Assembly: GCA_963781885.1 (NCBI GenBank)
Contig: CAWAHW010000001.1
Location: 416,001-480,000, forward strand
Source: an uncultured Spirochaetota bacterium
Lineage (GTDB): Bacteria; Spirochaetota; Spirochaetia; SZUA-6; Fen-1364
DNA: 64,000 bases
Reading direction: 5' to 3'
The notes beneath the pieces were generated by a model. It had not been told where the DNA came from. It saw nothing but the letters and a program-made list of their open reading frames with translations, and made no database searches. Below are positions 18,831 to 29,173 of the stretch, piece by piece (the first letter of the stretch is position 1; each line of letters starts with the position of its first letter). A program made the translations under genes and the position numbers.

Positions 18831-18853
18831 TGTGTGGAGTGAACACGAATGAG

Positions 18854-19474
18854 TCAAGGTGCCTCCACGGGCTCTTTCAGCACCTCCATCACCTTCTGGT
18901 CGAGCGCGTAGACGGTCCAACGCCCGGGGGAATTGAATTCCGCCGGATGCGGCCTCGCATCGCCCCTGGTGATGTCGATGGGGTGCGAGAAGAGCACACC
19001 GGCCTTGACGAGATTCCGGAGCCGCTGGTACATCCATTCCTTGCTGGCGATGTTCAGCAAGGGTAGTGCTCGGACAGTGGCCTGAAGGGACATCCAGTAG
19101 TAGGTTCGCCCCTCGATCTTGACAGCGCACTCCTCGAACTCCGGGCTGGAGAAGGCCTTGGCGAGGTAGGCCAGCAGCTCCCCGTCCGTGAGGTCCAGAC
19201 CGAGCGCACGCAGCACGGCCTGTCTGTACAGGCCGGTCGTCATGCGCCAGACGTAGAAGTGCCCCGCCGCCTTCGCCTCTCTCTCGGTGTCTGCGCCGCG
19301 CCGGCGGAGCGCCTGGTACCACTGAGCCCTCCCAACTTCGGCCTTAGGAGGAAGGAGAAGGTCCGGTTTCCGGGCGGTGATGGTCTTCTGAAAGTGCTTC
19401 TGCGCTTCTTCGTGGTTCTCCTTCTCTTGCTGCGCATCCCACTCATCGCGTCCCTTATAGTCAATTTTGCGCAT
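18854..19474 (-). CDS. winged-helix replication-initiator-like protein
   Basis: LDLTDGELLAYL...YYWMS..LPLL.I....YQRLRNLVKAGVL resembles phage replication-protein N-terminal wHTH domains. Confidence 0.55.
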   Translation of the reverse strand: MRKIDYKGRDEWDAQQEKENHEEAQKHFQKTITARKPDLLLPPKAEVGRAQWYQALRRRGADTEREAKAAGHFYVWRMTTGLYRQAVLRALGLDLTDGELLAYLAKAFSSPEFEECAVKIEGRTYYWMSLQATVRALPLLNIASKEWMYQRLRNLVKAGVLFSHPIDITRGDARPHPAEFNSPGRWTVYALDQKVMEVLKEPVEAP

Positions 19475-19554
19475 ATATTCGCTCTGTTCTTTTCCTCACT
19501 CTTGTTGCGAAGCGGCGTTTCCCATTCAGCAAACCTAATGCCGCTTCCCCACGG

Positions 19555-19998
19555 CTATTCGTACTTGTCCGGTTTCCCAGCCTCGTCTTCTATCGTCTTC
19601 TGACGAGCCCGCTCGCGGCGCCGCTCTTTTTCCTTCAGAAGCTCCCGAGCGTCACGAGCGTACCGCTTGATTTTCTTGGCGTGACTCCCCTTGCTCAGTG
19701 CGCGGTCCTTTGGCTTCTCCGTCCCGGACTTCATCAGAGCCTTGCCGTGCGACTTGTCGTCTTGACTCTTGCCCTCCGACTTGTTTCCCGGGCCCTGGCC
19801 TGTGCTGTCACCGATGGACTCGATTCGCCGCTCGGCGATCCAGGACTTCAACTCTTCACGGCTTAACATGATATGGTTGCGGCTGATTCGGACAAACGGG
19901 ATGAGCTTCTTGCTAGTCCACTGGTACAGCGTCGTACGCTCAATACCGAGCATCTTCGCAGCTTCTGCGGTATCAATGAGTTCGCTCTCACCTTTCAT
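19555..19998 (-). CDS. excisionase-like HTH (HTH_17/AlpA-like) with a charged tail
   Basis: LIDTAEAAKMLGIERTTLYQW...IPFVRI; GAGGTG RBS. Confidence 0.85.
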   Translation of the reverse strand: MKGESELIDTAEAAKMLGIERTTLYQWTSKKLIPFVRISRNHIMLSREELKSWIAERRIESIGDSTGQGPGNKSEGKSQDDKSHGKALMKSGTEKPKDRALSKGSHAKKIKRYARDARELLKEKERRRERARQKTIEDEAGKPDKYE

Positions 19999-20230
19999 CT
20001 CCGCACCTCTTTGACTGGGACCGAGTGGCCCGTCGCGTTGGACGGATGTCTTCTGTTGAAAAGGAGAATACAACGTTCTTTCTCGCTGGTCCAGAATTGC
20101 ATAGCAGGCCGCTTGTCGCCGGCTTGGGCTCGACACTCATCCAAGCGTGCGTTTCGTCGTCCTCGCCTAAAGGGCAACACTTGACCCCCCAAGCCTCGGG
20201 CTTTATGGTTGAACACGGAGGGGATCAAGA

Positions 20231-20709
20231 ATGAGTGATCCGATCACGACTGGGCTGACCGCCCTGCAAGCTGCCGTCGGCGCAATGAGATTCATTTTGG
20301 AGTCGAAAAGTGCGTTCGTGAAGGCGGAGTATCAAGCAAAGATGGCGGAAGCCTACGGTGCCTTGGTCGATGCGCAGACCAAGTTGGTAGAAGCGAAGAC
20401 TCTTCTGATGCAGAAGGACGAGGAAATCAGGAAGAGAGACGAGATTATTCGGACCCTGACTGAGCAGAAGAACACCTCCGAGCAGATGGTCTTTGAGGAC
20501 GTTATTACTTCAAGATCGCCGACGGCCGCAAAGATGGTCCTTTCTGCGCCTCATGCTGGGACGACAAGCGCAAGGCGATCAGGCTCAATGGCCACAACAA
20601 CGGGGCGTGGACCTGTCCCGTTTGCAGCAACCAAGTCGCTGACAAGAGCTGGTACCAGGGTGGTAGGGACGAGCCCATTGAGCCGTTCTGGACAGACAGG
20701 CACCGCTGA
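20231..20709 (+). CDS. coiled-coil plus Zn-ribbon protein, frameshifted near 20497
   Basis: The alternative frame after EQMVFE reads GRYYFK...GPFCASCWDDKRKAIRL...WTCPVC and stops at 20709. Confidence 0.65.
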
Positions 20710-20793
20710 TCGAGGCACAGCGGGAAGAACTGCTCAGATTTGTTCCAGGACAGCATGGGATGTTTCAGTCGTGCAGTTCTACGGGCTTTCGGT

Positions 20794-20814
20794 CTTTGGT
20801 TTACTCTTTGGTTT
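20794..20814 (+). promoter_or_regulatory. putative integrase arm-type sites (right)
   Basis: CTTTGGTTT twice with 12-bp period. Confidence 0.7.
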
Positions 20815-20934
20815 ATTCCGCAGAGACCGGTGCAGACCGGCAGACCCAGACATAGACTGAGACCGCTTTGAAATGCTTGCTGCATATGCCTATAGTGAGC
20901 CTCACCTAGACCGGCGAAAAGGCCATGAGGTACC

Positions 20935-20988
20935 TTCAGGGTCTAGTGCCAGCAATGGTGTGGAGGTTCAAGTCCTCTTCCGGGCAAA
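20935..20988 (+). repeat. attR core (54 bp)
   Basis: Identical to 7210-7263. Confidence 0.95.
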
Positions 20989-21602
20989 GTTCTACTAGGC
21001 CATCGAGAAGTACAGCTATTTCTGCTTTTCTCTCAAGGATAATCGAAATGACTCTCGGGGTAGCGCGGAGGGTACTAAAAACGCTCGATGTACCCTTATG
21101 CTGAATAACATGGGAACCTTCGAACTCGCACATGGGGTCAGGTTCAAAGAACTTCCGAAACGCGTCGACCGTACTGATGAAGTTGCTCGCCGTCTTTTGA
21201 GAGGCTCGCCAATAACTTCCTCCGACCTTCAATGAGGATGTGTCCTCTGATCGTCTCTTGCCATAGATAAGCCCATCAACGAGCAGAGTAACCGTGTGCC
21301 GAGCATGGTCGGGTGCGCGATCGTAAGCTCTCCATGCGAGTCGTCGTCCCCGCATCTGTCTTATGCGTCGGGATGCAAACAAAGAAGTTTGGCAACAGCC
21401 CCTCAATGTGCCAAGCGGGATTTCGGTCCAGGGCGCGAGGCGCACTTGGAACAGCAGCGATCGCGTTCATGCTGCCCAGTCCTCCGGGGCACAAATTCGC
21501 CGAAACCTTAGAACGGCGTGGCGGCCGTCGAAAGTAAGGCATCGGTCATGTCCTTGAAGACAATCGGGTGAGTGAGATGAGCTCCTCGAGAAGATCCGCG
21601 CG

Positions 21603-22247
21603 CTATCCCTTGAGGGCGTTCCTCAGGAGAGCCGACTTCCCCATGTAGGCCTGGACGAATTTCTCCCCGTTCTTCCCGGTCCACGGCAAAAGGCCGTAGT
21701 GGATGGGTACGGTGATTGTCGCAGCGAGCCCCCGAGCGGCCTCGACCCCCTCCTTTGCGCCAAAAGTCGCGAACCCGGCGATGGGCAAGAAGGCAAGGTC
21801 GGGTCTCATTCCGACCAGCTCAGCCCCCGAATCGGTGTCGCCACAGTGGTACACACGAATCCCGTCGAAGGAGAGAAGGTACCCGACCCAGTTCTTGGAC
21901 CGATGGTGGGGAAAGCCCCGGCGGTTATAGGCCGGAAAGGTCTTAACCATGATCTTGTCGATTACAATCTCTTCCCCTACGGCCATCACGCGCGTGGCGA
22001 CGACCGCCAGGTCTTTCGGCGTCACCACATGAGTCTCAGGCTTCCGAATCTTTTTGAGGGTCTGGGGATTATAGTGGTCACCGTGGGAATGGGTCAGGAA
22101 GACGTAGTTGGCCGGCAAAGGGTCGGAAGACAGGGAGTGGGGATCGATGTAGATCGTCTTGCCTCCCGCCGTGGTGATGCGGACACCCGACTGCCCGAGC
22201 CAGAGGACCCGTTCTGCCAAGAACTTGCGCACCTCTTGAACGTCCAT
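21603..22247 (-). CDS. MBL-fold metallo-hydrolase
   Basis: WLGQS, IDP, THSHGDH, YHCGDT, PIHYG motifs. Confidence 0.9.
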   Translation of the reverse strand: MDVQEVRKFLAERVLWLGQSGVRITTAGGKTIYIDPHSLSSDPLPANYVFLTHSHGDHYNPQTLKKIRKPETHVVTPKDLAVVATRVMAVGEEIVIDKIMVKTFPAYNRRGFPHHRSKNWVGYLLSFDGIRVYHCGDTDSGAELVGMRPDLAFLPIAGFATFGAKEGVEAARGLAATITVPIHYGLLPWTGKNGEKFVQAYMGKSALLRNALKG

Positions 22248-22309
22248 GAAATTCCTCTCCCTTATTCACCTATAATAATCAGTCCCACTCCGAGTTATTT
22301 TCCAAAACA

Positions 22310-23740
22310 CTAGTAAGTTTCGTTAGCGTGCTGTTCAGCCGCCTTGGGCAGCGAAATAGGAAGCCACATCGCGGATGCAAACAAAAGAGCGTGCAAGGCG
22401 CAAAGCAGGAGAAACGCCGCCGCGAAGGGCCCGAGCGCAGCGTCCCGTGGAATAGCTGGTGATAGTCTCCATCCCAGGAAGGTCGCGCATACGGTCGTTA
22501 GCGTAGGCCCCCCGAGACGCTGAATGATATTGAGAGCTGTCGTTGCCATTGGCAGCTGCTGCCGCTTGACCGAGGCGTATGCAGATGCTATCGACGGCAT
22601 ACCGACTGCGCCCAAGCCAAAGCCACGGACAAAGAGCGCGGACGCGAGCACAACGCGAACCAGCCCATGGCTTGCCAGGAAGAGAAAAGGCAGCGTCCCG
22701 GCTAACGCCAGAAGCGCGCCACCAGCCGACACTTTGCGAATGCCGAAGCGTTTCGTCAAAGTACCCAACATTGGGTAGCAGCACATCATCCCCAAGCCGA
22801 GAGGAGCCAGTAGCCAGCCTGTCGCGCTGGGTGACAGCCCACATGCACGGATCAGATAGATCGGAATCAACATCTGACCGGCAAACGTGATCCCGTTGGC
22901 CACGAACTGCGTGACGGCGGAGGCTGAGAAGATTTTGCTCTTGAACAAGCGAAGGTCGATAAGGGATCTGTCTCCCTTTTTTGCAGCGGTCCAGAAAAAT
23001 ACCGCAAGCAGAGCTATGGAGACGATGAGAGCTCCAAGACCAGTGCGATTTCCCAGATTATCCGCGCCATAGAGGAAGAGCACAAGTCCGGGCGACAAAA
23101 GCACCAGCCCAACCAGATCGAGGTCTCGCGGCCTCAGCTCTTCATGATCTTTGGGCAGGATGAGAACAGCCAGCACGATTGCCAGCATGCCGAAAGGAAG
23201 ATTGATCAGAAAAAGCCAGCGCCAAGAAGCATATTGCAGAATCGCTCCTGCAATCACCGGGCCGAGAATCGGTGCGAACAGAATCGGCACAGCCGCATAG
23301 CCCATCACGCGTACCATGTGCTTCCCCGCATGGCGCGCCATCATCATCTGGGCCATCGGTGCCAGCAATCCTCCGCTCATCCCTTGCAGCACGCGGAACC
23401 CGATGAGCGAGTTGGCAGACCAGGAAAATGCGCACAGGGCCGATGAAAGAGTGAACGCCGCGAAGCACCACAAATACAGTGCTTTGGCTCCGATCCGATC
23501 CACCAGCCAGCCGTTTAGCGGAAGTATCAGCGTCAGCGCCAGAAGATAACCGCTGGTCACCCATTGAATTGTCGCAAGGGTGCTGTGCAACTCCACGGCA
23601 AGGGCGGAGAGGGACACGTTCACGACCGTCGCATCGAGTTGAGCCAGAAACGAGCCGAGCACGGCGACGGCTGAGATCTTCCAAATGGCCGGGTCGGGCC
23701 GATCGCTCTCGCTGGACAGATTGGGCGAAATGTCTTTCAC
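22310..23740 (-). CDS. DHA2-family MFS efflux transporter
   Basis: LDATVVNV, QWVTSGYLL, WRWLFLINLP. GTG start overlaps the MarR stop. Confidence 0.9.
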   Translation of the reverse strand: MKDISPNLSSESDRPDPAIWKISAVAVLGSFLAQLDATVVNVSLSALAVELHSTLATIQWVTSGYLLALTLILPLNGWLVDRIGAKALYLWCFAAFTLSSALCAFSWSANSLIGFRVLQGMSGGLLAPMAQMMMARHAGKHMVRVMGYAAVPILFAPILGPVIAGAILQYASWRWLFLINLPFGMLAIVLAVLILPKDHEELRPRDLDLVGLVLLSPGLVLFLYGADNLGNRTGLGALIVSIALLAVFFWTAAKKGDRSLIDLRLFKSKIFSASAVTQFVANGITFAGQMLIPIYLIRACGLSPSATGWLLAPLGLGMMCCYPMLGTLTKRFGIRKVSAGGALLALAGTLPFLFLASHGLVRVVLASALFVRGFGLGAVGMPSIASAYASVKRQQLPMATTALNIIQRLGGPTLTTVCATFLGWRLSPAIPRDAALGPFAAAFLLLCALHALLFASAMWLPISLPKAAEQHANETY

Positions 23741-24213
23741 CGTGCCCCCCGCGCATCTCCGGAGGAGTCTGCGAGGCGTTTGAGCAGCTCCAGGGCACCT
23801 GCGAGCTGTTCCACTTCCGCGGGCGAGAGTTTCGTTTGGACGGCGCGGAACAGCCAATCCTCTTTCGCCGCCCGCTTGGCCTTGAGCAGTTCTCGGCATG
23901 TATCGGTGAGAGACAGGATGGTCTGCCTTCCGTCAGCAGGGTCGGGCGAGCCTTTCACGAGGCCAGCTGCCTCAAGCGTGGCAACCGTGGCACCCATGGA
24001 TTGCGATCTCACGCCATCAGCCCGCGCGAGAGCGCTCACCGTCGCGGGGCCATCACGCTCCAAGCGGGTGATCACAGCCGTCTGAGGCCAGGTGTAGTCG
24101 CCCAGATGAGTCTGTTCCCTCACACGGCCTCTCAGCTGGCTTATGACGAGACGCAGTTCTCCTGCAAGAGCCAACGCCCGTGCACTGTTGGAATTGGTCT
24201 TCTGTTTGCTCAC
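23737..24213 (-). CDS. MarR-family regulator
   Basis: LARADGVRSQSM...LEAAGLV...DPADGR. Confidence 0.9.
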   Translation of the reverse strand: MSKQKTNSNSARALALAGELRLVISQLRGRVREQTHLGDYTWPQTAVITRLERDGPATVSALARADGVRSQSMGATVATLEAAGLVKGSPDPADGRQTILSLTDTCRELLKAKRAAKEDWLFRAVQTKLSPAEVEQLAGALELLKRLADSSGDARGAR

Positions 24214-24263
24214 GGACCGAATATGGCACATATGAAGGAAAGCTGTCAAGTTTTCCTTCATAT
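24214..24263 (-). promoter_or_regulatory. marR promoter and palindromic operator
   Basis: TTGACA-18-CATATT-6 nt-GTG. A 12-bp perfect inverted repeat ATATGAAGGAAA-N10-TTTCCTTCATAT (24230-24263) spans the -35 box. Confidence 0.75.
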
Positions 24264-24732
24264 TAATCGAGTCTCAAAGTAGCTGGAATAAACCAAGATT
24301 TCCCAGATTAACTCGTGGTTCGCATCGGCCATAGGGACAGGTAGGAGAAGTGAGAAACCTATAGAAATACCGATCCGATCTTGTGTAGGACGTTTGGCCC
24401 AGGAAGGAGCCCAAACTGAGCTCTCCCTTTGGAGCAGTTGAGTCGCGCCCTTCAGTTAAAGGAGGCTGTTATGAAGAACCCGGGAAAAATGCCATCGCAA
24501 TGCGTGTGGCATCCCAATGAGCATTGGAGACCGAAAGGGGACCCGATCAATAAATGGCTCTGGCGGCGCCGCAGCGAATTTGCAACCGCTTGACTGTGAC
24601 TCTGAGTGTGACCCTGAGCGCGAACACACAGGGATTCGGTGCAACATTGAGAGGCACGTATTACTTGACTTATGTCCTTTACCAATCTACAAATAAGCAC
24701 AGAGCCACGCACAAGCGAAAATGGACGCCATC

Positions 24733-24918
24733 TTCAGGGTCAGTGCCAGAAATGGTGTGGGGGTTCAAGCCCTCTTCCGGGCAAACTTAGTTCCTTAATT
24801 TGAAATGAGTTAAAGAGATACCCGAAATCTCACCGGTTTACAGTCCCCGGGTCTTTGGTTTTTTTTTTGGTTTTCAAGAGTGAAACCCAAGGAGGCTGGG
24901 TCATGCCGAGACCGAAGA
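24733..24918 (+). mobile_element. decayed third att site with integrase leader and 5' stub
   Basis: Degenerate copy of 7210-7398: tRNA 3' half, arm repeats, GGAGG RBS and ATGCCGAGACC start, then truncated. Confidence 0.85.
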
Positions 24919-25674
24919 CCTTGGCAAATGTCAAGATCGGGTGTAAGAAATGCGGGCTATAGCATCTATGGGCCGAGACGGAGGCGGGGACCAGGAAGCC
25001 CAGATGGCCTGTAGCTCATAGCGGCCTCCGGTTTTCATATGGGGTTGCAACCATGGCGAGTACTTTATCAAAGCACCAGAGCGCATAGAGGATAGCCAAG
25101 CTTTGAGCGGGGATTTTGGGAGCCGCTTTGACAGGCAACATGGCGATGGCCAGAGGAAGACCGGTCTGACGTAAAAAAGTAGCTGTGACAAAGCTGCATT
25201 ATGTATGCACCGGTCCTACAGCGCTAAAACGATCGATCCGGATCGTGCGGCCACGCGTAGAAAAGACTGCCGCAAGAAGCGGCCTTTTATGCCCCCTGGC
25301 GCAAGGGTCCGGACCTAACTATTTGATTTCGCGAATCTCGTTGTTCAGGTAATCAGCGACATAGAGGTTGGTGCCGTCTGTGTGATTGTTTGCGCAGCAT
25401 GCACTTCCTCCAGATGACCACTTCTGAACTACTCGCTGTTCTTGGGCTGAGATTTCCCAATTTGAACTCTGAATTTCTGATTACTCCGTGAGACCGATCT
25501 CTTGTTTTCGTCTTTGCTATCCCCCTCCTCCGCCCAGTCAAGTCTATCTAGTAAGCTACGGCCGGTTATGAGAACTACTTTTTGTTTTAGGTGTAAGCTC
25601 ACTGGGAGGATGCCACTAGGTACGCTTTCGATGGACATTTATGGGCAAGTGCTTTGCCATCCAGGAGGACTGTG

Positions 25675-27264
25675 ATGAAACCACGTTTTCCCCTAGGCGT
25701 GCTGACGGGGCTACTGTTAGCGGCCATGCCGGTGACTGCAGTCAACATTAACATTTTCAACGCAGCAGCGTTCGGCGATGTCGAGGCAGCAAAGAGTTAC
25801 ATTAGCAGTGGCGGCGACGTGAACGCCCAGAACGACGACGGTTGGACGCCGCTGATGCTGGCGGTGAATGCGGACGAAGCCGAAATGGTTCAACTTTTAC
25901 TGGCAGCTAAGGCCGATGTCAACATTAAAAATCACCAGGGCGAGACCTCGGTGTCGCGGGACATCGAAGGCAGCGGTGCAAGCGCACATGGGGTGTACGC
26001 CGTAGGAGCAAAAGAGGGCGACATCAGGATCTTTGACAACGGCAGTACAGCGCTCATGATCGCGGCGACTAAGGGGCTGGCGCATATGGTCAAGCTGCTC
26101 ATCGCCGCAAAAGCGGATGTGAACGTAGTCTCCGACGTAGGCAATACCGCGCTCATGGCGGCCATCGATAGCTGGGAATACGAGAAGGGCAAGTTGGAAC
26201 TCGTGCGACAGCTTGTGCGAGCCCAAACGGACCTGAACGTGGCCAACCAAGAGTATCTTACCGCCTTGATGCTCGCGTTGAGACGAGTGGGTGAGGATGC
26301 GACCACCATCGAGGAGGACCAGCCCATCGCCGACCTACTCATCAAGTCTGGAGCGCGCTTGGAATACAAGGACGACGACGGATGGACCGCGCTATTTTTT
26401 GCATCCTACAATGGCAAGCCGGAGGCCGTGCATCACCTGGTTCTCGCCAACGTCAACATCGAGACGAAAGACAAGGATGGTTGGACGCCGCTGATGTACG
26501 CGGCAATGGAGGGCCATGCCAATGTAGTTGATATTCTGATTCGCGCCAAGGCAAATGTCAACGCGAAGAATAGTGATGGCTGGACGGCCTTAATGATTGC
26601 AGCTGACAATGGCTACGCCGACGTTGCAAAGCTGCTGATCGGCGCCAAGGCAAATATCAACGCGAAAGATCCATATTTACAGACGGCCATAATAGCGGCA
26701 GGTGAGGCTGGCCATGATGACTTAATCGCGTTGCTAAAGAATGCAGGGGCTTCTATAGGAGTTTATGAGGCAGCCGCCATTGGTGATACGAACTTTATTG
26801 CTTCCTACATCAAGCGCGGCGGTGATGTTGTCGACACGATAAACAACAACGGTTGGACTGTTTTGATGGAAGCGGCCAAAGCTGGCCGTGCTGATGTCGC
26901 AACGCTTGTGATCGGTGCAAATGCAAAAGTCAACGGAACGGATAATGACGGAAACACACCTCTGATGATTGCGGCTAATCATGGCCATGCTGATATCGCA
27001 AAGCTACTGATCGATGCTAAGGCAAATGTCAACGCAACGAGAAAGAACGGAGAGACGGCCTTAATGATTGCAGCTGACAATGGCTATGCTGACGTTGCAA
27101 AGCTGCTGATCGATGCTAAGGCTGATGTCAAGGCAACGGATAAGGACGGCAAAACGGCTCTAACATATGCGACTGAAAGATTCGACAAGCTCCCAAATGA
27201 TGCAGATCCAAAGCCCTGGAATGACCTCATTGAGTTGCTGAGGAGTGCCGATGCCACCCCGTGA
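25675..27264 (+). CDS. secreted ankyrin-repeat protein
   Basis: Signal peptide; many GxTPLMxAA...LLxAKAxVN repeats; AGGAGG RBS. Confidence 0.92.
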   Translation: MKPRFPLGVLTGLLLAAMPVTAVNINIFNAAAFGDVEAAKSYISSGGDVNAQNDDGWTPLMLAVNADEAEMVQLLLAAKADVNIKNHQGETSVSRDIEGSGASAHGVYAVGAKEGDIRIFDNGSTALMIAATKGLAHMVKLLIAAKADVNVVSDVGNTALMAAIDSWEYEKGKLELVRQLVRAQTDLNVANQEYLTALMLALRRVGEDATTIEEDQPIADLLIKSGARLEYKDDDGWTALFFASYNGKPEAVHHLVLANVNIETKDKDGWTPLMYAAMEGHANVVDILIRAKANVNAKNSDGWTALMIAADNGYADVAKLLIGAKANINAKDPYLQTAIIAAGEAGHDDLIALLKNAGASIGVYEAAAIGDTNFIASYIKRGGDVVDTINNNGWTVLMEAAKAGRADVATLVIGANAKVNGTDNDGNTPLMIAANHGHADIAKLLIDAKANVNATRKNGETALMIAADNGYADVAKLLIDAKADVKATDKDGKTALTYATERFDKLPNDADPKPWNDLIELLRSADATP

Positions 27265-27320
27265 GATCATGGCTTTCCGCTAACTTCGTAGGCCTTGTCC
27301 TTCTCACATAACCTCGCAGA

Positions 27321-27430
27321 CCGTCCTGGAAGCGTTGTGTGAACTATTCATCAAGCGAGGCCAACCTGAGTTTATCCGAAGCGATACCGGAAGCGAGTCT
27401 ACAGCAACGGAGCGAAAGAAGCTTCTGAGC
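27321..27430 (+). pseudogene. IS3-family transposase remnant
   Basis: VLEALCELFIKRGQPEFIRSDTGSE resembles the IS3 integrase-core segment P..IRSDNGxEF. Confidence 0.7.
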
Positions 27431-28088
27431 CCATCTTCCCCAAGGGGACGAAGCATGGGGTCGAGGTCGTCCTCGGCTGAGAGCGGAGGAAATCCGCATC
27501 AGCCGGGCCGTGCGCCTACCAGCGAACCGAGGCGCGGCGCGCGCGCATGGATCGAATCGAGATAGGCCGCTATCTCCTTCGATAATTGCTTCACCTCGTC
27601 AGCGCTGCCCGCGTAGTCATAAGTGATGACCTCTCCAAGCTTCGAGTTCAGGATCTTTTTGAATCCCGATTTGATCCATGAAGTCGGCAAGGCCAACGCC
27701 ATATTCATGCTGGAAGGCAGGACTTTGCGTCCGACCGACTTGAAGAGCTCGCGCACTAATCGCCAAAGAGCCTGCCTTTCACGTTCCCCGACGGAGCACT
27801 TCTATGGGCTAACACGGCGCCGGGTTCGAGGGGCTTCGCAGTCAACGCCTTTCCCCCGCTGGTTGCAACCCACCACATGCGAACGAGGCCCTCTTGCAAT
27901 GGAATCGGCGAGAGTGTTATTATGCGCGACAAGATCCACCTGAAATGGCACGCCAAGATAAAGGAGAGACGCCCTGGACGGCGAGGGCTGCCAGAGGACG
28001 TGACGCGACATGTGCGTGACAGACTTGGTGCAAAACACAGGAGGGCTTTTTTGAACGGCAGAAATTGCTACCATCTGGGATATCGCGA

Positions 28089-28529
28089 ATGAGACCACGT
28101 CGCAAGGGAAATGGCGGAGCGCATCTCCGCTTCATCGTGTACGTCATGAGTGGATGTTCAATCCTGCTGTTTTGCGGATGCGGGGTGTTCGATTACATCT
28201 CCCTTAGCTCAAGCTCGCCCGTGAGTGGATCGGTCTTGCACGCCGGTGACATGGTCACTGCCACTGTGGAGTATAGCTGCGAATTGTCTCATAACAGCAC
28301 TTCATATGACGTATATGCATTCATACGAGACAAGGACGACAATGTCTCCTACCTGGGAAATAGTACCATCGTCACAGCCAACAGCGGCACCGCAACGGTT
28401 GGTGGCACATTCTCGGGGTCGACCGCAGGTTCACCCTACACTCTCGAAGTGGCTGTCGGCTATTGGGACGAACAATACCAATACTACCAGGATGCCACGT
28501 ACGGAGTGTATAGCAACTATTACAACTGA
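28089..28529 (+). CDS. putative lipoprotein
   Basis: LLFCGC lipobox-like motif and Ser/Thr/Tyr-rich beta domain; start uncertain. Confidence 0.65.
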   Translation: MRPRRKGNGGAHLRFIVYVMSGCSILLFCGCGVFDYISLSSSSPVSGSVLHAGDMVTATVEYSCELSHNSTSYDVYAFIRDKDDNVSYLGNSTIVTANSGTATVGGTFSGSTAGSPYTLEVAVGYWDEQYQYYQDATYGVYSNYYN

Positions 28530-29173
28530 ATTATCTGAGATAGCTTGTTTGGATCGCGGCCCTGCGGTAGCTCAACGGGGTCTTCAAAGCCGCCGACCGG
28601 GCCCCCGACGTGTCGATCACAGCGTCATTCAGTTGCGACTGCCTCACTCCGAAAGGATAGTCAGGCAGACTGCGCTTTCATCGGGATGCGCGCTACTTTG
28701 TTGCAGCTCTTGGGCTGGTTGTCTTGCGCGTTAGCATATTCGCAGAGAACCAAGGAATGGCAATCCCTATCAAAAAGTGAATACGGTTGGAGTCACACGA
28801 TCAACAATTCTTCCTTCCGCCACGGTATTGATAAAGCCGCCAATATCCGACTGCTTCCCCATATTCCAAAATTTCGGATGGCACCGCGCGACCTTTAGGC
28901 GATTACTGCCAGGCAGATCAGCCTGGCGAAGGATTTCGCCTGGTACACGGAGCTTGAGGGAACGGCCACCTATACCCTCCCCAAGTAACAGTCTTTGAGA
29001 CCGGGCGGCCGACGTTGTGCAACCTCGGCCGCGCGTCAATACAGTCAGGGTGGGCTTGCACTCACGGAGGCCATCTCGGGGACAGAAGGAGCCCCTTCTC
29101 ACCAGCAACAAGCGGGCTGCCGAGAGTCCCCCCCGACAGCCCCGATGCTCTCTCGCGGTCCCCGCGCAGGACG

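Larger units (their letters stand above)
7210..20988. mobile_element. tRNA-Leu-integrated element (IME or satellite-like), about 13.8 kb
   Basis: Perfect 54-bp direct repeat of the tRNA 3' half at both ends, integrase next to attL, excisionase-like and rep-like genes near attR. Confidence 0.92.

Noticed and set aside
20935-20988. Second and third tRNA genes (also 24733-24785)
   Set aside because: Only the 3' half from the anticodon loop is present; these are att sites.
7210-20988. Complete prophage or ICE
   Set aside because: No structural, lysis, relaxase or T4SS genes recognisable.
25100-25330. Possible riboswitch or ribozyme upstream of the ankyrin gene
   Set aside because: No match by eye to c-di-GMP, fluoride, ZTP or ribozyme consensus; an Rfam scan would be needed.
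27499-27756. Protein-like ORF fragment, and a possible decayed secreted gene at about 28690-28900
   Set aside because: No clear start or recognisable motif; cannot be assigned without a search.
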